Positions 8,596-18,671 of a stretch of 52,434 bases of DNA are shown here, piece by piece (position 1 is the first letter of the stretch; every line of letters begins with the position of its first letter). Location of the stretch: assembly GCA_022014175.1 (NCBI GenBank), contig JAKLLR010000001.1, positions 1 to 52,434 of the forward strand, given 5' to 3'. Below the pieces are notes generated by a model that worked only from the letters and a program-made list of their open reading frames with translations, searched no databases and was not told where the DNA came from. The stretch comes from Gammaproteobacteria bacterium. Its GTDB lineage: Bacteria > Pseudomonadota > Gammaproteobacteria > Immundisolibacterales > JAKLLR01. A program made the position numbers and the translations under genes.

Positions 8596-9877
8596 CGCGA
8601 TCGAGCCGGGCGATGATTTCGCCCCCCGCGATCGTCCAGGTCGCGCGGCCGCGCAGGGGGGTTTCCATAAATGGCGTGTTTCGACCGCTGCTCAACCAGC
8701 CGTCTGTGGCCGGTTGCCAGGTGCGCTCCGGGTCAACCACACAGACATCGGCAACGGCCTGCAGGCCCAGGTGTCCCGCGTCAATCCCTAATATCCTGGC
8801 GGGGCCGCTGGTGATTGCTGCAATGGCGGTGCTTGCTGTGAGCTCACCGCCGATCAGCTGCAGCACAAGCGGCAGCAGTGTCTCCAGGGCCGAGATGCCG
8901 GGTTCGGCTTCACTGAAAGGTTGCAGTTTGGCATCCGCTTCATGGGGCTGGTGGTCTGAACAGACAGCGGACAGGGTGCCAGCGGCGAGGGCCTGCCGCA
9001 GCGCTGTTCGGTCGTCGTTACTACGCAGGGGTGGGTCGACCCGATAGAGGCTGTTGAAGCTGCCGCAATCGTCATCGGTCAGGTAAAGTTGGTGAGCGCT
9101 CACATCTGCGGAAAGTCTTTTGTTGCGTGGTAGTTCGTGAGCGAGGATGGCCGCTCCCTGAGCGCTGGAGATGCCACAGAAATGGACCCGAGCCCCACTG
9201 CGCCGGGCCAGCGCGATATCCCGTTGCAGGCCGATAATTTCAGCCTCAACCGGGATACCCGGCAGCCCCAGCCGAGCGCAGACAGTGCCATCGTGCATGC
9301 AGCCTGCCGCTGCCAGGGTGCTGTCCCAGGGCCGAAGATAGAGCAGCAGGTCGTGGCTGGCGGCGTATTGCATCATGCGCCAGCGGATCAGGTTATTGGT
9401 AACGGGTCCAACGCTGTCACAGAATCCTGCGCAGCCGCTGGCGGCCAGGGTGGCCATCTCCGCCAATTGCGCCCCCGCCAACCCGAGAGTAGCCGCACCC
9501 AGGGGGTAGACCCGGGTTCCGCCGACGGCGCCGGCGCGGTGATGAATCAGCTCGATCACCGCCTCGCTGTCTGCAACCGGTTGGGTATCCGGAGTGCTGC
9601 AGAGGCTGGTGATACCCCCCGCCGCGGCGGCTGCCAGTTCGCTGGCGATGGTGGCCTTGTGTTCCGCCCCCGGCTCCCGCAGGGCGGCCCGGAGATCAAC
9701 CAGGCCAGGAATAACCCAGCAGCCGGTGGCATCAATGGTCTGGTCCGGAGTGAAACCGTCCGGAGCTCGATCAAGGGCAACTACCCGGCCGTCGGCGATA
9801 TATACAGGGGTCTGCCGGTCAACTTGATTGGCCGGATCAATCACCCGCCCGCGGTTGATATGAATGCGTGGCTTCAC
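8588..9877 (-). CDS. pyrC: Dihydroorotase-like protein (PyrC'). Predicted non-catalytic.
   Basis: 429-aa amidohydrolase fold. The metal-binding DxHxH motif is replaced by [13 protein letters not shown], so both His residues are lost. The later SDHQPH is retained. Its position after pyrB matches the Pseudomonas PyrC'. Confidence 0.8.
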   Translation of the reverse strand: MKPRIHINRGRVIDPANQVDRQTPVYIADGRVVALDRAPDGFTPDQTIDATGCWVIPGLVDLRAALREPGAEHKATIASELAAAAAGGITSLCSTPDTQPVADSEAVIELIHHRAGAVGGTRVYPLGAATLGLAGAQLAEMATLAASGCAGFCDSVGPVTNNLIRWRMMQYAASHDLLLYLRPWDSTLAAAGCMHDGTVCARLGLPGIPVEAEIIGLQRDIALARRSGARVHFCGISSAQGAAILAHELPRNKRLSADVSAHQLYLTDDDCGSFNSLYRVDPPLRSNDDRTALRQALAAGTLSAVCSDHQPHEADAKLQPFSEAEPGISALETLLPLVLQLIGGELTASTAIAAITSGPARILGIDAGHLGLQAVADVCVVDPERTWQPATDGWLSSGRNTPFMETPLRGRATWTIAGGEIIARLDRDE

Positions 9878-10869
9878 CGGGGAGTCTCGCTCTCAACAGG
9901 CTGCTGGCGGGGCGTCGGCCCGGCAGCCAGGGCCATCACCGCCATACGAATGGCGATGCCGTTGCTGACCTGGGGCAGGATTACGGAGCCGGGTCCATCG
10001 GCGACTACCGAGTCGATCTCCACGCCGCGGTTGATGGGGCCGGGATGCAGGATGATGGCGTCGGGTTTGGCGGCCCGCAGCGACTTCGGGGTTAAGCCGT
10101 AAAACCGGAAATACTCCCGTTCACTCGGTAACAGGGCGCTGCTCATCCGTTCCCGCTGAAGTCTCAGGGTCATCACCACATCCGCATCAGCGAGACCTCT
10201 GTCGAGTTGATGGAAAACCCTGACGCCAAGTGAGGCGATTTCCTGTGGCAGCAGGGTTTTTGGCGCGACAACCCGAATATCCGTCACCCCAAGCCTGCCC
10301 AGGGCGGCAATCTGTGTCCGGGCCACCCGGGAGTGGAGGATGTCGCCAACAATGGCTACCGAGAGGGGCGCCAGATCCCCTTTGTGTTGGCGGATGGTGT
10401 ACATATCCAGCAGCGCCTGGGTGGGGTGGGCGTGCCAGCCATCTCCGGCGTTGATCACGCTGACCCCAGGGTCGACATGGCGGGCGATCAGGTGGGGCAC
10501 GCCGCTGTCGCGATGGCGCACCACGAACATGTCGCTCTGCATCGCCTGCAGTGTCCTCACCGTATCCAGCAGGCTTTCACCCTTGGCGGTGGCGGAGACC
10601 GAGGTATTGATAGTCACCACATCAGCAGAGAGCCGTTTAGCAGCGATCTCAAAGGTGGTTCGGGTGCGGGTGCTGGGTTCGAAAAACAGCAGCACAATCG
10701 TTTTGCCCCGTAACAGGGGCACCTTGCGCACCTGTCGGGCACCGACACTCACGAAGGAGTCGGCGGTGCGGAAAATCTCTTCGATGGCGTCCCGGGAGAG
10801 GTTACTCATATCCAGCAGGTGTCGAAGTGGCGGGCTCCCGGTTGCAGGCAGATCGGTGCGGTCGGTCAT
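9874..10869 (-). CDS. pyrB: Aspartate carbamoyltransferase catalytic subunit
   Basis: 331 aa with [17 protein letters not shown] and LHPGP motifs. 4-nt overlaps with both neighbours. Confidence 0.93.
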   Translation of the reverse strand: MTDRTDLPATGSPPLRHLLDMSNLSRDAIEEIFRTADSFVSVGARQVRKVPLLRGKTIVLLFFEPSTRTRTTFEIAAKRLSADVVTINTSVSATAKGESLLDTVRTLQAMQSDMFVVRHRDSGVPHLIARHVDPGVSVINAGDGWHAHPTQALLDMYTIRQHKGDLAPLSVAIVGDILHSRVARTQIAALGRLGVTDIRVVAPKTLLPQEIASLGVRVFHQLDRGLADADVVMTLRLQRERMSSALLPSEREYFRFYGLTPKSLRAAKPDAIILHPGPINRGVEIDSVVADGPGSVILPQVSNGIAIRMAVMALAAGPTPRQQPVESETPR

Positions 10870-11375
10870 CGGCTCACCTGTCGCAGTTGCAGTGGTTCGG
10901 GACCCTGCAGCTGGAGGTAGGCATTGGCGGGCAGATCCAGCCGCATACCCGCAATATCGGCCTGAATCGGCAGCTCTCGGCCATTACGCTCCGCCAGCAC
11001 GGCCAGGATGACCCGTTCGGGCCGACCGTAGTCAAAAATCTCGTTGAGGGCGGCGCGAATGGTGCGGCCGGTGTAGAGCACATCGTCGATCAGGATGATG
11101 GGCCGGCCCTCCACAGGTTCTGGCAGGTTCGAGGGGCGCACCACCGGATGCAGGCCCATGCGACTAAAGTCGTCCCGATAGAAACTGATATCCAGGTGCC
11201 CGAGGGGGGCGCTGGTGCCGAGTCGCTGGTGCAGCGCTTCGGCGATCCAGACGCCGCCGCTATGGATGCCGACCAGCAGTGGATCGGTGAGTTTCAGGGC
11301 GTTGATCTCGATGACCATGCCTGCCAGGGCCGGCTCGATATCCAGAAGGGTTCCGGCATTACTCACGGGCCGCAT
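10866..11375 (-). CDS. pyrR: Bifunctional pyr operon regulator / uracil phosphoribosyltransferase PyrR
   Basis: 169 aa with the PRPP-binding motif [19 protein letters not shown]. Confidence 0.88.
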   Translation of the reverse strand: MRPVSNAGTLLDIEPALAGMVIEINALKLTDPLLVGIHSGGVWIAEALHQRLGTSAPLGHLDISFYRDDFSRMGLHPVVRPSNLPEPVEGRPIILIDDVLYTGRTIRAALNEIFDYGRPERVILAVLAERNGRELPIQADIAGMRLDLPANAYLQLQGPEPLQLRQVSR

Positions 11376-11787
11376 GCTCCAGCCAACTCAGCAGTATCTG
11401 GCGGGCAGATTCGCTGTCCAGATGCCGGGCTATTTTTGTCTCGGGCAGCCCTTCGTCCAGCAGCGCCTCCCGCGCCGCCACGCTGGAGAGCCGTTCATCT
11501 TCGAAATAGACGGGTCGGTCAAAGCGGTCGCCGAGTTTGCCTGCGAACTTCCTGATGGCCCTGGTCACCGGGCTGTCGCTGCCATCTCCATGACGGGAGA
11601 GGCCGACAACAAGAGCGTTCGGCAGCCACTCAGCCACCAGTCTGTCGATGGCTGGCCAGTCCGGGCGGGTCGGGCTGTTATTCACGAATTTCAGCCGCCG
11701 GGTGACGTTGCCCGGCTGTTGCGCCATTGCCACGCCGATTCGGCGGCTGCCGTAGTCGAAACCGAGCAGAGTCTGTTCGCCGCTCAT
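11359..11787 (-). CDS. ruvX: Holliday junction resolvase-like protein RuvX (YqgF)
   Basis: 142 aa, LLGFDYGSRRIGVAMA… This is the conserved YqgF N-terminus. Position follows yqgE. Confidence 0.88.
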   Translation of the reverse strand: MSGEQTLLGFDYGSRRIGVAMAQQPGNVTRRLKFVNNSPTRPDWPAIDRLVAEWLPNALVVGLSRHGDGSDSPVTRAIRKFAGKLGDRFDRPVYFEDERLSSVAAREALLDEGLPETKIARHLDSESARQILLSWLEHAARE

Positions 11788-12353
11788 CCGTGGCCCGCTT
11801 CGGTGGAGAGTAGCTGGAGGTCGATGCCCAGGGTATCGGCCGCAGCTCGCCAGCGCTGGCTGACCGGCGTATCGAAGAGCAGGGATGGATCACAGGTTGT
11901 GGTCAGCCAGGTGTTGTCCAGCAGCTCCTGCTCCAGCTGTCCTGGACCCCAGCCGGCATATCCCAGGGCGATCAGAAACCGTTCGGGACCTTCGTCCGCA
12001 GCCAGGGCCTGGAGGATATCCTGTGAGCTGGAGAGGGCGAGTTCCGAACCGACTGCCAGCTGAGGCGATTCAGTTTTGGTGGGCTCGTAGAGCACAAAAC
12101 CCCGATTCTCCTCCACCGGTCCACCATAGTGAATGGCGCGGGATGCCAGCTCCGGATCGGAGGTATCGATGCCCATCTGGCACAGGACTTCGCCGAGATT
12201 CGTGTCGGACAGGCGGTTTACGATGATTCCGAGCGCCCCCTCTGCGTTGTGTTCACAGATCAGGGTCACGGTTTTGCTGAAACCGGGGCTGCTCATCCCC
12301 GGCATGGCGATGAGCAGTTGGTTCGACAGGCTGAGATCTGATGCCATTGTCAC
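11784..12353 (-). CDS. yqgE: YqgE/AlgH family protein
   Basis: 189 aa, LLIAMPGMSSPGFSKTVTLICEHNAEGALGIIVNR…YAGWGPGQLEQEL. This is the family signature. Confidence 0.88.
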   Translation of the reverse strand: MTMASDLSLSNQLLIAMPGMSSPGFSKTVTLICEHNAEGALGIIVNRLSDTNLGEVLCQMGIDTSDPELASRAIHYGGPVEENRGFVLYEPTKTESPQLAVGSELALSSSQDILQALAADEGPERFLIALGYAGWGPGQLEQELLDNTWLTTTCDPSLLFDTPVSQRWRAAADTLGIDLQLLSTEAGHG

Positions 12354-12384
12354 AGTTTACCAGTCCCGAGGGCGACCGCGTGGG

Positions 12385-13344
12385 TTACCGGCTGCTGAGC
12401 CGGTCACCGGGCATGAACTGCCAGGTGCGAATAATCACCAGCAGGTCCGTCTCAGCCCGGATATCGTCCGGAAACGGCGCGTAGGGTGCCGCCAGTTCCA
12501 CGATCCGGGTGGCGGCTTCGTCCAGCTCCGGGTGACCAGACGACTGTCGCAGTTCAATGCGGTTGACGCCGCCGTCCGGGGTCAGTTCAACCAGTAGCCG
12601 TAGCTGACCGTAGAGCCGCTTTCGCCGTGCTTCCACCGGATAATTCAGGTTGCCGAACCGTTCCGCCTTCTGTCGCCAGGCTTCGAGGTACTGGGCGTAG
12701 GCATACTCCCGGGTGGCGGCCGTGACCACCTTCCGCCGCGGCGTTTTGGCGTAGTTGACGAGGAATTCGGCCCGCTGGGCGTCCAGTCGGGCGATCTCCC
12801 GGCTGATCCGCATCAAATCGGTGGCCGGGGGGGCGATGGGGGCTTCCGGTGCCTTAGCGGGGGTTTCGGTCTTGCGTTCGGATTCCGTCAGGGTCAGCTC
12901 TGGCTGGGGCGCCGGTGGTGTCACCTCAACCGGTGGTGCGGCGGCCAGCTGTACCGGAGCATCATCAGCGGGATTAGCCTGTTTAGCGGGCACAGGGGTG
13001 GTTGGCAGCGCTTTGGCGGCCTCTTCACCGCCGCCAGCCTGGCTGATCTGGGCAAGATAGTCGGCTTTCTCGGGTGCTGGTTCCGGCTCTTTGGGCATCA
13101 CCAGGGTGACATCAAGACTGGCTGCCGACCGGTTTTTCAGCAGCTCCGGCGCCGCCACCCCGACACCCAGAATGACCATGACGTGAGCGGCCAGGGAGAG
13201 CATCAGGGTCAGGCTGAACCGATCCCGGGTGCCCGGTGGTTGGCCGATTCTGTTCTGCTGAGCTGGTTTTCTTCGGGCCTGGGTCACGGTGCGCCGCTGT
13301 GTCTGTGATCTCCCCCCAGTATAGTCGTCAGACGTGACCCACAC
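12385..13344 (-). CDS. TonB-family energy transducer (C-terminal TonB domain protein)
   Basis: N-terminal TM segment (FSLTLMLSLAAHVMVILGVGV), a Pro/Ala/Glu-rich spacer and a TonB C-terminal domain (YPVEARRKRLYGQLRLLVELTPDGGVNRIELRQSSGHPELDEAA). The likely true start is the GTG at 13287, which forms a GTGA overlap with the apbE stop. Confidence 0.78.
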   Translation of the reverse strand: MWVTSDDYTGGRSQTQRRTVTQARRKPAQQNRIGQPPGTRDRFSLTLMLSLAAHVMVILGVGVAAPELLKNRSAASLDVTLVMPKEPEPAPEKADYLAQISQAGGGEEAAKALPTTPVPAKQANPADDAPVQLAAAPPVEVTPPAPQPELTLTESERKTETPAKAPEAPIAPPATDLMRISREIARLDAQRAEFLVNYAKTPRRKVVTAATREYAYAQYLEAWRQKAERFGNLNYPVEARRKRLYGQLRLLVELTPDGGVNRIELRQSSGHPELDEAATRIVELAAPYAPFPDDIRAETDLLVIIRTWQFMPGDRLSSR

Positions 13345-14408
13345 CCGGGTCTGCTGCTGGAGGCTGTTGGCTGGAGTTGATCGACCTGGCGGCGGGTCGT
13401 CACCCAGTCGAGTCGGCTGGCCATACTCCCGGTGGCATGGGCGTTGCCGTCGCTATCGATGATCAGTACCTGTTCAAGCCCCATCTCTCTCGCCACCTCG
13501 GACCATTCGGGCAGACCTGCCACCAGCAGTGCGGTGGCAGCGGCGTCAGCCAGGGTCGCGTTCCGATGGATCACGGTTGCGGATGCCACCGAGGGCGCTG
13601 GATGACCGCTACGGGGGTCAAGGATGTGGTGGTAGCGGCGGCCATCGACCTCGTAAAAGCGTTCGTAGTTGCCGGAGGTGAAGATGCTTTCATCGCCGCT
13701 GACAGTAACCACCGCCAGAACGTTACCCGGTTTGGCCGGGTCGCGGATGCCAATCCGCCAGGGGCGACCCGTGCCGGCTCTGGCTCGAAGATCTCCGCCG
13801 GTGTTGATGATAAACGCATCGATGCCGAGATCCAGCAGTCGGTGGGCGGCGATGTCGATGGCGTAGCCTTTTGCAACAGCCCCCAGATCCAGTTGCAACC
13901 GGGGGTTGTTGCTGCTGATGGTCTGCCCGTCAATCTGCAGATCGCTCATGTCGGGGCGCCGGGCGAGATAGGTCTCAAGTGCCGCCGGATCCGGTGGCTG
14001 GCCGCCGGGCTGGCTGGACTGGAATCCCCACAGAGCCAGCAGGCCACCGATGGCGGGATCAAACCGCCCACCGCTACAGTGGGCAAGAGCCTGCGCCTGT
14101 CTTAGCAACTCGGCAAGCTCCGCGCTGACCGTGGCGCTTTGGCCGGCAGCAATCGCGGCGTTTAACCGGGTCAGTTCGGAGGGCTCCCAGGCGTGCCAGG
14201 CGGTGTGCCAGCGGTGGAAGGCCTCCTCCGTCAGTTTCAAGCCAGTGTCGATTCTGGTTCGGTTGTCATCCCGCAGGGTGATGCTGATCCGGGTGCCAAA
14301 GGCGAGAAACTGGCGCTCTTCGGTTGCCGCCTCAGAGGCCTGCTGGCGATAGATCAGCCCCCCGGCCAGCAGCAGGATCAGCAGCGGCGGCAGCCAGCCC
14401 CGCAACAT
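13284..14408 (-). CDS. apbE: FAD:protein FMN transferase (ApbE family)
   Basis: 374 aa with an N-terminal membrane anchor. ApbE motifs: FGTRISITL, GAVAKGYAID, INTGGDL, TSGNYERFY, HHILDPRSGHP. Confidence 0.85.
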   Translation of the reverse strand: MLRGWLPPLLILLLAGGLIYRQQASEAATEERQFLAFGTRISITLRDDNRTRIDTGLKLTEEAFHRWHTAWHAWEPSELTRLNAAIAAGQSATVSAELAELLRQAQALAHCSGGRFDPAIGGLLALWGFQSSQPGGQPPDPAALETYLARRPDMSDLQIDGQTISSNNPRLQLDLGAVAKGYAIDIAAHRLLDLGIDAFIINTGGDLRARAGTGRPWRIGIRDPAKPGNVLAVVTVSGDESIFTSGNYERFYEVDGRRYHHILDPRSGHPAPSVASATVIHRNATLADAAATALLVAGLPEWSEVAREMGLEQVLIIDSDGNAHATGSMASRLDWVTTRRQVDQLQPTASSSRPGCGSRLTTILGGDHRHSGAP

Positions 14409-14410
14409 GA

Positions 14411-15370
14411 TCAGGCGGCCCGCTTGCGCTCGATCACATCACACAGCATGCCGGCGATATTGAGGCCGTAGATCTGGTCCAGCTCCCGCACGCAGGTGGG
14501 GCTGGTGACGTTGATTTCGGTGAGGTAGTCGCCAATTACATCAAGGCCAACGAACATCAGCCCTTTCGCTTTCAGCGTCGGGCCGACCTGTGCGCAGATC
14601 CAGCGGTCCCGGGCAGACAGGTCCACCCCTTCACCCCGGCCGCCAGCCGCCAGATTGCCCCGGGTCTCTCCGGCGAGGGGAATTCGCGCCAGGGCGTGGG
14701 GCACCGGTTCACCATCAATCATCAGAATGCGTTTGTCACCATCCACAATCTCCGGAATGAAGCGTTGCGCCATGATGCGGCGGCTGCCGTGAGTGGTCAT
14801 GGTTTCGATGATTACGCTGATATTGGGGTCGTCGCCGCGCAGCCGAAAAATAGAGGCACCGCCCATCATATTGAGGGGTTTGACCACGATATCACCGTGT
14901 TCGCCGAGAAACTCCCGCAGCAGCGTCGGGTTGCTGGTGACCAGGGTCGGCGGGGTGCACTGGGGAAACCAGCCGGCGTAGATCTTTTCGTTAACGTCCC
15001 GCAGGCTGCCGGGCTGGTTGACCACCGTGACCCCCGCCGCTGCCGCATGTTCCAGCAGGTGGGTGGTGTAGAGATATTCGTCATCCACCGGTGGGTCTTT
15101 ACGCATGAGGATCACATCCAGTTCGCCGATGGGGCCATGGCGGGACTCCCCGAGAGTGAACCAGTCATCATTGTCATCCCGCACCTGCAGCGGCCGGTGG
15201 GCCGCCTCGACTCGGCCATTCAGCATATAGAGGTCACCCTGCTCCATGTAGTGCAGGGTCCAGCCCCGGCGCTGGGCCTCTAGCAGCATGGCCAGGGAGG
15301 TGTCTTTGTAGGGCGTGATGCTACCAATGGGATCCATGATGACCCCAAGTTGCAGTGGGCGGTCTGTCAT
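14411..15370 (-). CDS. gshB: Glutathione synthetase
   Basis: 319 aa, LGVIMDPIGSITPYKDTSLAMLLEAQRRGW… with an ATP-grasp C-terminal half. Confidence 0.92.
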   Translation of the reverse strand: MTDRPLQLGVIMDPIGSITPYKDTSLAMLLEAQRRGWTLHYMEQGDLYMLNGRVEAAHRPLQVRDDNDDWFTLGESRHGPIGELDVILMRKDPPVDDEYLYTTHLLEHAAAAGVTVVNQPGSLRDVNEKIYAGWFPQCTPPTLVTSNPTLLREFLGEHGDIVVKPLNMMGGASIFRLRGDDPNISVIIETMTTHGSRRIMAQRFIPEIVDGDKRILMIDGEPVPHALARIPLAGETRGNLAAGGRGEGVDLSARDRWICAQVGPTLKAKGLMFVGLDVIGDYLTEINVTSPTCVRELDQIYGLNIAGMLCDVIERKRAA

Positions 15371-15412
15371 GTCGGGTCGGCTCCGGTTGCAGGAATTTGC
15401 AGGCCCCGCATC

Positions 15413-16186
15413 TTAGCAGTTGGGTCTTGTCGGAGTGGCGGAAGTGGTCGGATGGGCGGAAAAATCCCCCCAGAGGGTCTGGATAATCGCCAGGGCAGCC
15501 AGCGCTGCTGTTTCGGTGCGGAGGATGCGGGGGCCAAGCCGAATCGGGGTGAAGCCCCGGGACTGGGCCAGCGTTCGCTCCGCTTGGCTCAGGCCGCCTT
15601 CCGGTCCCGCCAGCAGGGTGACGCCACGTTGCGGTGTTGGCAGCTGCTGCAGGGTCTGCTCGGCGGTGGGGTCGAGCATCAGTTTTAGCCCGCTGTCACA
15701 CTCGGCCAGGGCGAGCCCCAGCTCGTTATGAATCTCGAAACTAGGAACCCGGGTGCGGCCGGACTGTTCGCAGGCGGAGACGATAACCCCCTGCCAGTGC
15801 GCCCGCTTCTTCTCCAGCCGCTCCGATTTCAGCAGTGGAATGCTGCGGCGGGAGAAGCTGGCGGTGATCTTCTGGACCCCCAGTTCCACCGCTTTTTGCA
15901 GGGTGTAGTCCATCCGATCTCCTTTGGAGATCGCTTGCAGCAGATGGCAGATCAGGGGGGATTCGGCGTCGGTTGGGAGGTACTCACCTACGCGGATAAA
16001 TAGACTGCGCTTGCTGGCTTCGTGGATCCAGCCCTGGTACTGCCCGCCGCTGCCGTCGAACAGCTGCAGCTCCGCGCCGGTGGAGAGGCGCAGCACTCTG
16101 CCCAGGTGGTGAGCGGTCTGGGTCGGGGCAGGCAGGATGGTTCCGGTTGCCAGGGGGCCTGGCAGGTAACAGCGAGGTTTGCGCAT
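15413..16186 (-). CDS. rsmE: 16S rRNA (uracil1498-N3)-methyltransferase RsmE
   Basis: 257 aa, HHLGRVLRLSTGAELQLFDGSGGQYQ…LLAGPEGGLSQAE…LGPRILRTETAALAALA. Confidence 0.88.
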   Translation of the reverse strand: MRKPRCYLPGPLATGTILPAPTQTAHHLGRVLRLSTGAELQLFDGSGGQYQGWIHEASKRSLFIRVGEYLPTDAESPLICHLLQAISKGDRMDYTLQKAVELGVQKITASFSRRSIPLLKSERLEKKRAHWQGVIVSACEQSGRTRVPSFEIHNELGLALAECDSGLKLMLDPTAEQTLQQLPTPQRGVTLLAGPEGGLSQAERTLAQSRGFTPIRLGPRILRTETAALAALAIIQTLWGDFSAHPTTSATPTRPNC

Positions 16187-16199
16187 CTCTCGTCCAACG

Positions 16200-17072
16200 T
16201 TAAGCGGGGCGTCCCGCCAGACTGTTTAAGCCGAGATGGTTCCAGAGCGTGCGGGTGGGTTCCAGGCGGTTGAGGGCATAGAAGTGCAACCCCGGTGCGC
16301 CGGCGGCCAATAACTCTTCGCAGAGGGCCTGGATCACATCCTGGCCATAATCGGCCAGCGCAGCTTCGTCTGTCTCCATCGCCTGCAGCCGCAACCGCAA
16401 CCAACGGGGAATCTCAGCCCCGCAGATGCGGGAGAAGCGGTCGAGCTGGGTGAAGTTGGTGATCGGCATGATGCCCGGAACGACGGGCAGGTCGACGCCG
16501 ACCTTTTCGAGACTGTCGATAAACCGGAAGTAGGCCTGGGCCGTGAAAAAATACTGGGTCAGGGCGCTGTTTGCCCCCGCCCCGATCTTCTCCCGGAAGT
16601 AACCGATATCCGCCTCGGGGCTGGTGGCTTCCGGATGGAATTCCGGGTAGGCCGCCACCTCTATGGTGAAGTGGCTGCCGGTCTCCTGCCGGATAAAGCG
16701 AACCAGATCGATCGCCTGGGGGAAATCTCCACCGGTGACCATGTCGGAGGGCAGGTCTCCCCGTAGTGCGACCAGTCGCTTGATGCCCAGTTGCCGGTAG
16801 CGCTGCAACAGCTCCAGCATCTCGGCCCGGCTGGCACCCATCCCGGAGATATGTGGGGCGACAGGTGTGCTGCCCGCCCGGTGCAGCATCTCAACGGTGT
16901 TGTAGGTGCGGTCCCGGGTGCTGCCGCCGGCACCATAGGTGACGGAGACAAATGCTGGCCCCAGTGCGGCGAAGGCCCCGTGGGCCCGCTTCAGCTTGTC
17001 GGCCCCCGCCGCGGTTTTAGGCGGGAACAGCTCTAGGCTGAACTGGCGGGCGTGGCGTTTTTGCGAATCCAT
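16200..17072 (-). CDS. metF: 5,10-methylenetetrahydrofolate reductase
   Basis: 290 aa, FSLELFPPKT…VSVTYGAGGSTR…ALRGD…, the typical MetF pattern. Confidence 0.92.
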   Translation of the reverse strand: MDSQKRHARQFSLELFPPKTAAGADKLKRAHGAFAALGPAFVSVTYGAGGSTRDRTYNTVEMLHRAGSTPVAPHISGMGASRAEMLELLQRYRQLGIKRLVALRGDLPSDMVTGGDFPQAIDLVRFIRQETGSHFTIEVAAYPEFHPEATSPEADIGYFREKIGAGANSALTQYFFTAQAYFRFIDSLEKVGVDLPVVPGIMPITNFTQLDRFSRICGAEIPRWLRLRLQAMETDEAALADYGQDVIQALCEELLAAGAPGLHFYALNRLEPTRTLWNHLGLNSLAGRPA

Positions 17073-17086
17073 TTCGCCAGCCCTGA

Positions 17087-18496
17087 TCAGTAGCGGTAGG
17101 TTTCGGGCTTGTAGGGTCCGTCTACCGGCAGGTGGAGGTAGTTGGCCTGCTTCTCGGTCATGACTGTGAGATTTGCGCCGAGCTGCCCCAGGTGGAGTCG
17201 GGCGACCTTCTCATCCAGATGTTTCGGCAGCACGTAGACCTGGTTGTCATAGCGCTCCGGAGATTGCCAGAGCTCCATCTGAGCCAGCACCTGATTGGTG
17301 AAGGAGTTGGACATCACGAAACTGGGGTGACCGGTGCCACAACCCAGATTCACCAGCCGCCCCTCTGCCAGCAGGATGATCCGCTTGCCGTCCGGGAAGA
17401 TGATGTGATCGACCTGGGGTTTGATGTTTTCCCAGGTGTACTGGCGCAGGCTCGCGATTTCGATTTCGGAATCGAAATGGCCGATGTTGCAGACGATGGT
17501 CTGGCTCTTCATGGCGGCCATATGGTCGTGGGTGATGACCTCCAGATTGCCGGTGGTGGTCACAAAAATATTGCCCAGGGGGGCGGCCTCTTCCATGGTG
17601 ACCACCCGGTACCCTTCCATCGCCGCCTGGAGGGCGCAGATCGGGTCAATTTCGGTCACCCAGACGGTGGCGCCAAGGCCTCGCAGGGACTGGGCGCAGC
17701 CCTTGCCGACATCGCCATAACCGCAGACTACCGCAATCTTGCCGGCAATCATTACATCGGTGGCGCGCTTGATGCCGTCAACCAGGGATTCGCGACAGCC
17801 ATAGAGGTTGTCGAATTTGGACTTGGTGACCGAATCATTGACGTTGATGGCGGGAAACGGCAGTTTGCCCTCTTCGGCCATCTGGTAGAGCCGTTTGACG
17901 CCGGTGGTGGTCTCTTCCGTGACCCCACGAATGCCCGCCAGCTGTTTGGAGTACCAGCCGGGCTGTTCTGCCAGTCGCTGGCGGATGGCGGCGTAGAGGA
18001 CGGTCTCTTCTTCGTTCTCCGGATTGCTGAGCACCTCCGGGTTGGTCTCTGCCTGGGCGCCAAGAATGAGCAGCAGGGTGGCGTCGCCGCCATCGTCCAG
18101 AATCATGTTGGCACCCTCTTCGAACTCGAAGATGCGGTGGGAGTAGGCCCAGTACTCCTCCAGGCTCTCGCCCTTGAAGGCGAAGACCGGCACACCGCTC
18201 TTGGCGATGGCCGCAGCAGCCTGGTCCTGGGTGGAGAAAATATTGCAGGAGGCCCAGCGAACTTCGGCACCCAGAGCAGTCAGGGTTTCGATCAGTACCG
18301 CGGTCTGGATGGTCATGTGGAGAGAGCCGGCGATGCGGGTGCCTGCCAGAGGCTTGCTCTGGCCGTATTCACGGCGCAGGGCCATCAGGCCGGGCATTTC
18401 AGACTCTGCAATGGCGATCTCTTTGCGGCCCCAGTCTGCTAGCTGCAGGTCGGCGACCACAAAATTCTGCGGGTTGGTTTGATCTACGGCGTTCAT
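17087..18496 (-). CDS. ahcY: Adenosylhomocysteinase
   Basis: Long-form [29 protein letters not shown]…, with NAD-binding GYGDVGKG. The track start is 18511. The ATG at 18496 is preferred because GAGGAG lies 7 nt upstream. Confidence 0.93.
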   Translation of the reverse strand: MNAVDQTNPQNFVVADLQLADWGRKEIAIAESEMPGLMALRREYGQSKPLAGTRIAGSLHMTIQTAVLIETLTALGAEVRWASCNIFSTQDQAAAAIAKSGVPVFAFKGESLEEYWAYSHRIFEFEEGANMILDDGGDATLLLILGAQAETNPEVLSNPENEEETVLYAAIRQRLAEQPGWYSKQLAGIRGVTEETTTGVKRLYQMAEEGKLPFPAINVNDSVTKSKFDNLYGCRESLVDGIKRATDVMIAGKIAVVCGYGDVGKGCAQSLRGLGATVWVTEIDPICALQAAMEGYRVVTMEEAAPLGNIFVTTTGNLEVITHDHMAAMKSQTIVCNIGHFDSEIEIASLRQYTWENIKPQVDHIIFPDGKRIILLAEGRLVNLGCGTGHPSFVMSNSFTNQVLAQMELWQSPERYDNQVYVLPKHLDEKVARLHLGQLGANLTVMTEKQANYLHLPVDGPYKPETYRY

Positions 18497-18559
18497 ACGC
18501 ACACTCCTCATGGTTGATGCAACCGGGCGGGGAGGTGTACTTGCTCACCGGTCGCAGTT

Positions 18560-18640
18560 GTAGCGGTTGGTGAGCGCGGTTATCGATATGAACCTGAGCC
18601 TGGCGGGGTTTCCCGTCGCAGCGCTCCTCAGAATCGGGGG
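18560..18640 (-). promoter_or_regulatory. SAH (S-adenosylhomocysteine) riboswitch in the ahcY leader
   Basis: The minus strand reads cuGAGGAGCGCUGCGACgggaaaccccgcCAGGCUCAGguucauaucgauAACCGCGCUCACC. These are the three conserved SAH-riboswitch blocks. CUGAG/CUCAG forms P1, CGGG/CCCG a hairpin, and GAGCGC/GCGCUC the pseudoknot. The location upstream of ahcY-metF is the classic context. Confidence 0.8.
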
Positions 18641-18642
18641 CT

Positions 18643-18671
18643 ATTCTAGAGTGTTTCCCGCACCACGTCAT
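18643..18671 (-). promoter_or_regulatory. Putative sigma70 promoter for the riboswitch-ahcY transcript
   Basis: Minus strand: ATGACG (18671-18666), 17-nt spacer, TAGAAT (18648-18643). This places the transcription start a few nt upstream of the riboswitch P1 stem. Confidence 0.45.

Noticed and set aside
17132-18442. 436-aa ORF on the plus strand, antisense to ahcY. There are similar long antisense ORFs at 40327-41391 (versus groEL), 3649-4500 (versus trkA), 36795-37553 (versus gatA), 5440-6138 (versus trkH) and 688-1263 (versus the LysM gene).
   Set aside because: Their translations are low-complexity and rich in Gly, Arg, Ala and His, with no recognisable motifs. The opposite strand in each case encodes an unmistakable conserved protein. 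Long stop-free antisense frames are expected in high-GC DNA.
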